A stretch of DNA of 64,000 bases from a virus: the IMG/VR virus record IMGVR_UViG_3300037423_000584. One strand, written 5' to 3'. Shown here in pieces: positions 28,430 to 36,626 of this stretch (the stretch's first letter is position 1; each line of letters opens with the position of its first letter). Both the position numbers and the translations under genes were made by a program. The notes beneath the pieces were generated by a model. The model searched no databases. It was given only the letters and a program-made list of their open reading frames with translations, and was not told the DNA's origin.

Positions 28430-29187
28430 GAATTGTTACTGCCAATTATAATGGCGGTAAATATTTTGAAGGATATCTTGAAGGTCTTCTCTCTCAAACA
28501 GTCATACCAAACTATGTGGTCATAGTTGATGATGGAAGCAAAGATGATTCTTATAAAGAAATGATAGAAAAGTTAGAAACCATATGTAAAAATTATTACG
28601 AAAAAGAAGATCCTGATGGCAATAAAATATTCAAAGGCAATTATAAAGAAACAGTATTTATCGTCTTTGGACAAAAGGAAAACAAAGGACCTGCTGCTGC
28701 ACGAAATGTGGCATTAAACTTCCTTGTTGATAAAACAGATATTATATTTATCTATGATTCTGATGATATTTATAAACCAACAAAGATAGAGAAATCATTA
28801 GAAGTATTTAAAGCATATCCAGAAGTTGCTCTAGTATATTCTGATTACGATGTTCTTGTCTCAAAGAGCGGTAAAAGAACAAGAGAATATAAAGAACCCT
28901 TTAGTTTTAAACGATTATTTAACGAATGTATCGTATCTAACAATTCTGCAATAGCCACTAGAATCCTAAATACAATCGGTGGATATGACGAATCACTATT
29001 TGGTCCAGAAGATTATGATCTGTGGCTTAGAATTGCAGAAGTAGGTGCAGTATACCACATCCCTGAGTCTTTATATACTTATAGGATCACAGGTAATAAC
29101 ATAACAGTAACAACTCCATCGGAAAAATTTGCACAGCATGTAAGAAGAGTACATGAGAAAGCAATAGAGAGAAGAAATGGTAAATAA
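28411..29187 (+). CDS. Glycosyltransferase family 2
   Basis: NYNG, IVDDGSKD, NKGPAAARN, YDSDD, GGYDE, EDYDLWLR. Confidence 0.95.
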   Translation: MSDYKIGIVTANYNGGKYFEGYLEGLLSQTVIPNYVVIVDDGSKDDSYKEMIEKLETICKNYYEKEDPDGNKIFKGNYKETVFIVFGQKENKGPAAARNVALNFLVDKTDIIFIYDSDDIYKPTKIEKSLEVFKAYPEVALVYSDYDVLVSKSGKRTREYKEPFSFKRLFNECIVSNNSAIATRILNTIGGYDESLFGPEDYDLWLRIAEVGAVYHIPESLYTYRITGNNITVTTPSEKFAQHVRRVHEKAIERRNGK

Positions 29188-29653
29188 TATAGGATTTATT
29201 TTGGACGACATTGGTGCTTGTCAGAGTGCGTATCTTTGTATCAAAAATAGTAATAAATTCCTTAAAGAGAACATAGATACTTGCATATCTATATTTTATT
29301 CTGAAAACATACTTCCTTGTATGAATCCAAGATTTGCAAGATATCATATATCCGATTGTACTAATTTTGAAGGTCATTTAATTGCTACTTCTATTCAATC
29401 TGCATTAATCTGTAAAGAAGTATCTAAATCTAAGAAATATTATTACATTAATGATCTAGAGTGGATAAGACCACATTTTGATAAAAATAAAGAAGAATTG
29501 AACTCAATTCTTTACGATAATTCAGTAATCAAATTTACGAGGTGTGAAGATTATAAGAAAGAACTAAAAAACAACGGTGTTAACGTAAACGATAAGATAG
29601 TTAAGGATTTTGATATTTCTACAATTTTGGAGATTATAAATGAAGGCAGATGA
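29177..29653 (+). CDS. Hypothetical protein (possible single Rossmann half of a GT-B)
   Basis: 'GHLIATS', 'YYYINDLEW' resemble the N-terminal lobe of GT-B proteins. Confidence 0.4.
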   Translation: MVNNIGFILDDIGACQSAYLCIKNSNKFLKENIDTCISIFYSENILPCMNPRFARYHISDCTNFEGHLIATSIQSALICKEVSKSKKYYYINDLEWIRPHFDKNKEELNSILYDNSVIKFTRCEDYKKELKNNGVNVNDKIVKDFDISTILEIINEGR

Positions 29654-30452
29654 TATTAGAGATGAACTAATTAAGAAAGGTCTTTCAGAACAAGCCGTAA
29701 AGGGATTGTCTAAGAAGGAACTGGAAACAATGCTAGAGGTAGCCAATGAATCTGAAAAGATCCTTGGTTCTACTATTAAAGAAACAATTACAGTGGATCA
29801 AGTGGTAGAATCTGTTAGTGATCTGGATAAGCCAGTTGAACTTCCAAAGCCAACAGATAAAAACTGGACTCAATATGTAATGACTTTATTTGATGAGTCA
29901 GAACTAATGAACGGTATGCCACGGGTAGATGGACTTCGTAGAGTAACAGAACTAGTCCTTGGTCCATTTGATACTCTTACTAATATCATTGAGCCACCAA
30001 CTATTAATAATAGCTTTAGAGCTACTGTATTAGTAAGATTGCAATTTAAGAATGATAAGCGTGTCGTAGACGGATCTGCCGATGTATTCTCTGGAAACAC
30101 AGATAAGTCATTCGCAATTCACCCTGTAGCCACTGCTGAGACAAGAGCAGAAGGACGTGCTCTAAGAAAGGCTCTTAAGCTAGTTAAGATTGTTGCAGCA
30201 GAAGAAATTGCTGATGTTGATCAAGATGAGCCAGATGGTACGGATAAGAGAATTACGTCTTCAATGGTAACAAGCTTGATTCTAATGTGTAATAGACAGA
30301 ATATTGATCTGTTAAAGCTTGCCATAAAGATGGGTTTTGATATACAGACACCAGATGATTTAACTCACGCACAAGGTATTCAAATTTCAGATAAGCTTGG
30401 TCTATATCAGCAGAACAAGGAACAAATTCCACAAGAGATTAAGAAGGTATAA
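29640..30452 (+). CDS. Putative single-strand annealing protein (Rad52/Sak-like)
   Basis: 'ATAETRAEGRALRKAL' motif, acidic linker, small C-terminal helical domain. Confidence 0.55.
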   Translation: MKADDIRDELIKKGLSEQAVKGLSKKELETMLEVANESEKILGSTIKETITVDQVVESVSDLDKPVELPKPTDKNWTQYVMTLFDESELMNGMPRVDGLRRVTELVLGPFDTLTNIIEPPTINNSFRATVLVRLQFKNDKRVVDGSADVFSGNTDKSFAIHPVATAETRAEGRALRKALKLVKIVAAEEIADVDQDEPDGTDKRITSSMVTSLILMCNRQNIDLLKLAIKMGFDIQTPDDLTHAQGIQISDKLGLYQQNKEQIPQEIKKV

Positions 30453-30454
30453 TT

Positions 30455-30949
30455 ATGTCAACAGAGAATCAAACAACAAATAATGCATTTTTTAAGCAAT
30501 TCAGAGTATATCGTCCAAATAAGCAAGGCAATGGCTTTGCTTCTAGTTGGCAACTATCTTATAAGCCAAATAACAAGTATGACAAGTACAATATGTTTCT
30601 TGTTATGGCCAAGCAAACTGGTGTAGATGAGAATGATAATGCATCGTTTGACTGGAAGGGTGGAGTAACTGTTAAGCTTGGCGAGAATGATATTGGAGAA
30701 ATCCTTGCAGTAGCAGAAGGTCGCAAGGAAGCCGCTGGTTACAAGGGTAGCTTATTCCATCAGACACAAGATGGTGGAAATAAGGTTATTAAGTTTGTTC
30801 GGACAGATAATGGATATTCTCTATCTGTTTCTGCACAAAACAAGGAAAAGGTAAGTTCTGGTAATTTATTCCAGACTCTTTCAGATGGAGAAGTTTCTAT
30901 CCTTACTGTTCTTTTGAAGAAGGCTATTGAAACCATCTATGGATGGTAA
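30455..30949 (+). CDS. Putative ssDNA-binding protein of PC4/Whirly-like fold
   Basis: 'FDWKGGVTVKLGENDIGEIL' and a second 'LSDGEVSIL' repeat match the Whirly-like duplicated beta-beta-beta-beta-alpha pattern; next to the annealing protein. Confidence 0.5.
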   Translation: MSTENQTTNNAFFKQFRVYRPNKQGNGFASSWQLSYKPNNKYDKYNMFLVMAKQTGVDENDNASFDWKGGVTVKLGENDIGEILAVAEGRKEAAGYKGSLFHQTQDGGNKVIKFVRTDNGYSLSVSAQNKEKVSSGNLFQTLSDGEVSILTVLLKKAIETIYGW

Positions 30950-30976
30950 ATAGAATCGATAGTTATTAAATAACTT

Positions 30977-31003
30977 AACCCGCTTTTGGCGGGTTCTTTT
31001 ATT
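30977..31003. terminator. Rho-independent terminator between the convergent early and late modules
   Basis: AACCCGC-TTTTG-GCGGGTT followed by CTTTTATTT. Confidence 0.8.
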
Positions 31004-32997
31004 TATATAAGTTTCTTTGTAGATCCATCACTATAAGTTAAATCTATACTTATATCCGTTGTATTTATAATAGATGTCACTGTTCCAATTGTTAATTTCA
31101 CTTGGGATAGTTTTGGAGATGGCGTTCCATAAAATTCTAATTCAGATATATTGCCATATCCTGCGACTGGTGCTACATATCTAACCCATCTATATGGTGT
31201 AGTATCAGTAAAATTAATGGTTGTATATTGACCTTCTGTTGGTTTGACTGTTACTGTTCCAAGGGTAACGAATCCATCTGTAGAGGATTTATTTGATCCT
31301 TGGAATATGCCTCCGATCATTCTTGAAGATTGTCCAATTCTTGGGGAAAATCTAACAGAATTTATAACAGTTGAAGTGCCTAAATCGATACCAACGAATG
31401 CATTATCTGCTTGAGGTGAATCGAAGAAAGTATTCATATCTCCATCGAAAACCTTATCAATAGTGTTTCCAGTATTATTCCAGCTACCGGGAGTTCCAAA
31501 AGGTGTTCCAGTTAATTTGGTATTAGCCACAGTATTCTCCTTAATAACATATTTATTTGCTATATCTTTTAGTGCCTTATACTTTGGTCCAGTTAAATCG
31601 CGAGGATCTTGTACTGTTCCCCACTGATATCTGTCCCAAACACCAGTATAGTTATAATAAAAATACTCGCATCCACCATCAGCAAACCAGTCAGTCATAA
31701 CTTTATAAGTATGATCGTAAACTCTTGGGTCTGATTGTGCTGCTATCTTAAGAGGACGATTAGTATCTGGTTCTGAAATATCTAATCCGCCTTCGTATGA
31801 AATTGATTTAACACCATATTGTTTTGCTAAATCGTTGATACGCTTCTCATTGTCATCTATTGGTAAATTAGCAGTTACCATTAGATTAGTCATTAATTGA
31901 TCAAGAGTTAGATCTGTCTTGGCTAAAATGTTATTATCTGTTACTCCTTTGTATGGAGCACCAGCAACGCCATAGATAATGTCTGATACTTTGCCATATT
32001 GAGATAGACATTGAAGCTGCATAGCAAGCATACCGTTATAGGCAAGCTGAGTAGCTAATATATGTCTTATATTGCTAGTATCTCCCATTACTTCTTTGAA
32101 TATCTTATAGTTCCTATAAGTCATCTTAGCAACACGTCGCCAAGCGGCGTGCCACATATTATTATAATCAGTAAGATTTCTGAGAGAATTGTCTCCTGCT
32201 GTTACTTCGGCTACTGCTTGATTATAATTCCAAGACGATTGTTCGAATCCAGCGGCAGTATTCCATACTTCATTGCTATATTCTATATACCAATTAATAC
32301 CGGGCTTTTGTGTTGTCTTGATAAGTTTAGCAAGATTATAGACAAAATCATCATCAGCTTTTGCTGGAATATTTATCCATCCATCTTTGCCAGTTTTATT
32401 ACACAAGGCAATAGCCATCTCGTATGGACCTCCTCTATCGGTTGTCCACACTGGATCAGTAACTAAGCATCTATCAGACCATTTGACTACATTTGAACTA
32501 TTTATATGTGAATAATCCATGAACCTAAAGCCACCAAATGGCTCAAGTCCAGATAAGAATTCATTAGTAAAGATTTGGTCATCGTTTGTATAGCCTGGAG
32601 CAAATAGTTTAACATTTTTTACAGTGCCACCGGTATTACGAAATGCAAGAAATAACGCTGTGTCATCGTTATAATCGAATGTTACATCAGCAGTTGATTT
32701 ATTGGTAGATGGATCGTATTTATAGTTGATTATTCTTGCCGGACATGCTACTTGAGTAACATCGGCTTTGCCATCGAATGATAATTTGTATACACCATTA
32801 GCCCAGCCATTTTTAATATTAGTGAATACTGTAATACCAAAATCGGTAGTAGGCCATATATTAGGGCTAATATTTAATGGTGTCCAAGGTTCCTTATCAG
32901 ATCCGATTTGTCTTGATGTCTTGATAACATCAATAAACATTCTAGATTTAGACCAATCAGACAACCCCTCTAGATTCATTCCTAAAAGGCTTTTCAT
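31003..32997 (-). CDS. Putative clan GH-A glycoside hydrolase with C-terminal discoidin/CBM32 (F5/8 type C) domain
   Basis: RFMD, YIEYSNEVWN (acid/base), SYEGG (nucleophile); C-terminal 'VFDGDMNTFFDS...VGIDLG...YRWVRY...NISELEFYG'; start 32997 has a GAGGT RBS. Confidence 0.75.
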   Translation of the reverse strand: MKSLLGMNLEGLSDWSKSRMFIDVIKTSRQIGSDKEPWTPLNISPNIWPTTDFGITVFTNIKNGWANGVYKLSFDGKADVTQVACPARIINYKYDPSTNKSTADVTFDYNDDTALFLAFRNTGGTVKNVKLFAPGYTNDDQIFTNEFLSGLEPFGGFRFMDYSHINSSNVVKWSDRCLVTDPVWTTDRGGPYEMAIALCNKTGKDGWINIPAKADDDFVYNLAKLIKTTQKPGINWYIEYSNEVWNTAAGFEQSSWNYNQAVAEVTAGDNSLRNLTDYNNMWHAAWRRVAKMTYRNYKIFKEVMGDTSNIRHILATQLAYNGMLAMQLQCLSQYGKVSDIIYGVAGAPYKGVTDNNILAKTDLTLDQLMTNLMVTANLPIDDNEKRINDLAKQYGVKSISYEGGLDISEPDTNRPLKIAAQSDPRVYDHTYKVMTDWFADGGCEYFYYNYTGVWDRYQWGTVQDPRDLTGPKYKALKDIANKYVIKENTVANTKLTGTPFGTPGSWNNTGNTIDKVFDGDMNTFFDSPQADNAFVGIDLGTSTVINSVRFSPRIGQSSRMIGGIFQGSNKSSTDGFVTLGTVTVKPTEGQYTTINFTDTTPYRWVRYVAPVAGYGNISELEFYGTPSPKLSQVKLTIGTVTSIINTTDISIDLTYSDGSTKKLI

Positions 32998-33029
32998 ATA
33001 ACCTCGCATACTCAAAGGTTAAAGTGTGT

Positions 33030-33073
33030 AAAAATAAAATCTCCTCTACCTTTTTAATACAAGATAGAGGAGA
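33030..33073 (-). terminator. Hairpin terminator after gene 33101-33721
   Basis: TCTCCTCTA/TAGAGGAGA stem followed on the - strand by TTTTATTTTT. Confidence 0.6.
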
Positions 33074-33100
33074 AAAATGGATCACAATATATTATTATCT

Positions 33101-33721
33101 TTATAGGTACTCTAGCTCATAATATGAGCCGAATTCTTTAGATCCTACTGTATTAGGTGAAGCACTTATCGCAATATACCAGTCATGACGTGCAGAAGAC
33201 GTATTAGGACCATTAATGTGTAATCCAGAAGTGCCAGGACCGTTGCTAAGAGTAAGAACGGAACCAGAGCCAAATATATTGATCCAATTAGCACTTCCGC
33301 TGCCGCTAAAGTCTTGGTTATTATTTGGATGGATAATTTCCGCAGCATATACAGTTACACCAGAAGGATTGTTATTTTTATTACTTCTGTCATAAGCATA
33401 CATCTTGACGTTTTGTACCTGAACAGGGGTACTATTGGTGAACCTAACGTTTAGTGTTGACAAATAGTTAGGCAATCTAAGTAGATGAATACCGCTGCCA
33501 GTTTGACCAAGTATAACACCAGATGTATTAAGATATTTACAATTGTCTGCTTCTGGACCCTGAGCAGTACCAGTTGAGTCTGTTATAAATGTACGGCCTT
33601 GATAAGATCCAACGGCAACCGAATAACCGAAGCCATTGTCTCCATAAAAGCCTAAGCCAGAACCAGCTAAATTATTAATATTAAAGTCTGTTCCGGCATA
33701 AAATTCAAATTGTGCTGCCAT
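33101..33721 (-). CDS. Putative virion structural protein
   Basis: G/S/N-rich beta protein; shares its upstream promoter and RBS motif with the tail tube gene. Confidence 0.6.
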   Translation of the reverse strand: MAAQFEFYAGTDFNINNLAGSGLGFYGDNGFGYSVAVGSYQGRTFITDSTGTAQGPEADNCKYLNTSGVILGQTGSGIHLLRLPNYLSTLNVRFTNSTPVQVQNVKMYAYDRSNKNNNPSGVTVYAAEIIHPNNNQDFSGSGSANWINIFGSGSVLTLSNGPGTSGLHINGPNTSSARHDWYIAISASPNTVGSKEFGSYYELEYL

Positions 33722-33742
33722 TTTAAATCTCCGTTTTTATTT

Positions 33743-33767
33743 TATAGTGTACATAAATTTATACAAG
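33743..33767 (-). promoter_or_regulatory. Putative late promoter CTTGTATAAAT-N3-TGTACRCTATA
   Basis: 22/25 identical to 54251-54275. Confidence 0.7.
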
Positions 33768-33778
33768 AAATTATTGAA

Positions 33779-35581
33779 TTACTCTTCTTCTTTTGGTATA
33801 TTTAGTTCAGGAATGTCGGGCAACGTTCCTGTAGCATCTTCTGAATATTTGAAGTCGTATTTAACAACTGCTATTATAGATCTAGCAAAGAATCCAGAAT
33901 AACCTATGGAACTTCCTGTTTTTGTTCCACTTGATGTTAATATATTTATAAGTTCTGGTTGTCTTGGAACTCTACCTCCATCTAGTGGACCATTTATTAA
34001 TGGAGAAACAACGATTTCTTCATCTGGTCCTACTGATTTGGACCAGACTTTGGACCAATGATGTTCTTGCCCAACTATTCCACATCCATCGTATGTATTT
34101 ATTTTCCTAGCAGCGAAAAAATCTCCATCAGAATTATTATTAGAAATATTTGAAGATACGAAATCTACTCCACTAGATGATGGTCTAATATATAAATCTA
34201 CTGTTTTCCCTATTCCACTTGCTTTAGAAAAACTAAATGATGCTACTAAATTATTATTAAACATACGACATGAAGCAACATTTTTCTTGTATTTTATTAC
34301 AGCAGAATTTTGATCAAACGGATTCTCATAATATATTTCATCGATTTCAAGATTCGATAATGCACATACTACACCGGGATAACTTACATATAATCCACCA
34401 TTAAATCCATCTAGTGTTCCAACGTGTGCATTTGCTGATGTTGTATTAAAATATCTCTGATGATTAGTATCTTCGCCAGTTTGATCAGTATAAATACGAC
34501 TATCATAACCATAAATCTGATCATATGGCAAATATGCACCGCTAGGATCTCTTCCTCGTTGACTGAAATATGCCTGTGGATTGACATAATTCCAAGCATC
34601 AAGTGTAGCAGCATACTGATCCGATGGGTGATAATCTATATACGCATCGCCTTTGTTTCCTAATGGAATTTCTGTACCGCGAATACCATATGCGAATTTA
34701 TTATCATAATCGCATTTAAATATACCAAATACAAGTCCTCTTCCTGTTTCGATCTGCCAAAATCTGCCAAAGTAATCTGTAGATCCAATACTTGTAAAAA
34801 CAGCATGTTGTCCAAATCCAGTTTCAATACTATCTTGTCTTTGTTCTGACCAAAATAGATAAGGAAATCCAATAGATCCCTTGGCAAAAGAATTACTATA
34901 TTGTTGAAGCCAAAATGGACAGTAACCAACGTGTGTTAATAGATTTATCGCCTTTTGCAGATCATTAAGTATCCAAGGACCCATGTAGTCGCCGACCCGC
35001 GGCATACCACTTGTTGTGATTATATCTGCTGGTTTAACTTGATTCTCAGAGAAGATCCATCCGCCAGAAGCAGATATGTAGTCAAAAAGTGCTCCGGAAT
35101 AATGCTTTTGTTCCAATGGCGTAAATGCAAAATCCCATCTTTTGTCTGGAATTAAACTTCCTTGATCGTAATATCCACCACTAGCTAATGGCCTACCTCC
35201 TTGCGTGAATACAAATCTTGCTCTTTGTCCATCTACTCCTGTTTCGGCTATATTATGTATTTCTCTAGGAAATTTTCTAGTAAAACCAGTAGGAGGGGGA
35301 AAGACTTCATCTGCCCAAGATAATACTAATCCAGACGTTCCTCCAAAGTCATTTGGATTCTTTACAAATCTTGACTTCATGGTATCTGCCGTGTAAACAA
35401 GATCTTTCCATGGACGAAGAGCATAATCTGATTTAAATGCCAATTGTCCCGGAAAAATACCAGATTGACTAAGAGCTATTATTCTTTCTGTTATAGCACG
35501 TTCAAAGTGTTTGTAGATATTTATATCTGTAAAATCTACTCCTTCTTTTTCGTAATCTATATTCCAATTAATATCTGGCAT
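33779..35581 (-). CDS. Putative tail tip/structural protein
   Basis: 600 aa ORF in the tail module. Confidence 0.55.
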   Translation of the reverse strand: MPDINWNIDYEKEGVDFTDINIYKHFERAITERIIALSQSGIFPGQLAFKSDYALRPWKDLVYTADTMKSRFVKNPNDFGGTSGLVLSWADEVFPPPTGFTRKFPREIHNIAETGVDGQRARFVFTQGGRPLASGGYYDQGSLIPDKRWDFAFTPLEQKHYSGALFDYISASGGWIFSENQVKPADIITTSGMPRVGDYMGPWILNDLQKAINLLTHVGYCPFWLQQYSNSFAKGSIGFPYLFWSEQRQDSIETGFGQHAVFTSIGSTDYFGRFWQIETGRGLVFGIFKCDYDNKFAYGIRGTEIPLGNKGDAYIDYHPSDQYAATLDAWNYVNPQAYFSQRGRDPSGAYLPYDQIYGYDSRIYTDQTGEDTNHQRYFNTTSANAHVGTLDGFNGGLYVSYPGVVCALSNLEIDEIYYENPFDQNSAVIKYKKNVASCRMFNNNLVASFSFSKASGIGKTVDLYIRPSSSGVDFVSSNISNNNSDGDFFAARKINTYDGCGIVGQEHHWSKVWSKSVGPDEEIVVSPLINGPLDGGRVPRQPELINILTSSGTKTGSSIGYSGFFARSIIAVVKYDFKYSEDATGTLPDIPELNIPKEEE

Positions 35582-36615
35582 TAGTGAAACCTCGGATAAT
35601 CCCAGACTGCTGTTTGAAATGTTTCATCAGCAATCATTAATACTTGATATTTTGTATTTCCTTTAACCAATGGTTTTTGGAAAACATAAAAGTCCTTTGT
35701 CGAATCATAATTTAACCAAACAAGATCTCCCGCAAAAGATCTCATATGATTTATTTCATATGCTGGCTTATTGGTAAGAGTACCAACTCTTCCTCCTCGT
35801 TTTACAATAAAGTTTCCACTTTCTTGTAATTCTACTTCTTGCCAACCATAAACTGTGCCACTTGCATTTATTGTTACGAAATCGTTATTATTTAATTTAA
35901 ATCCGCTTGCAGATTGTATTCTTGCCCAGAATCCCGGCTGAGAGAAGGTTGTCCATACGTTTCTTTCAGTGTCATATCTTAAGTCAATTGGTGCAGCAAC
36001 ATAATCTGATGGATCTACGTCGTAACCTCTATCATATTCTCCCTTGAATTTATTTTTTCCTTTTCCAGATGGATATGGGTTTCCATCCATTGTGTATCCC
36101 CATCCAACAGCCATAACTGGCAATCTAAGTCCTATTCCTCTTATGTTGCTTACATCTCTGTATCTATTAGAATCACCATAATATTTCTTAGACGATACAA
36201 GATGATTTATAGAATCTCCGCTTGGTGCAGCCCATCTGTCATATATAACATTCGTTTTCTTGCTGTCGTAATAAAACGGTAATAATGATTTGCCGTTTAC
36301 ACCAGATGCTATATTTAATTTACTTACATTTTGATCGAAACATGGTAGATCGCCACTTCCAAGTGCTGTTTGGAATGGCATAAAGATGTTTGATAGATCT
36401 GTTCCTGCTGATTGCTGATATGTATCATCCTTCATATCATGCAAGGCTGTTTCATATGAAATATTAGTTTTAAAACTAACAGAAACTCTATGAGATTTAT
36501 CCGCTGGTGATTTGCCAGTTCCTTTCGTAAAAAGACCAAGTACCTTAGTATATGAATAATCATCTACATAAGATATCTTCTTTTTAGATGTTCTTGAACC
36601 TTCAAAATTAGGCAT
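35581..36615 (-). CDS. Putative tail tip protein
   Basis: 'LRLPVMAVGWGY..DG.P.P', 'PIDLRYD..RNVW'; position in the tail module. Confidence 0.55.
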   Translation of the reverse strand: MPNFEGSRTSKKKISYVDDYSYTKVLGLFTKGTGKSPADKSHRVSVSFKTNISYETALHDMKDDTYQQSAGTDLSNIFMPFQTALGSGDLPCFDQNVSKLNIASGVNGKSLLPFYYDSKKTNVIYDRWAAPSGDSINHLVSSKKYYGDSNRYRDVSNIRGIGLRLPVMAVGWGYTMDGNPYPSGKGKNKFKGEYDRGYDVDPSDYVAAPIDLRYDTERNVWTTFSQPGFWARIQSASGFKLNNNDFVTINASGTVYGWQEVELQESGNFIVKRGGRVGTLTNKPAYEINHMRSFAGDLVWLNYDSTKDFYVFQKPLVKGNTKYQVLMIADETFQTAVWDYPRFH

Positions 36616-36626
36616 ATATTGTTCCT

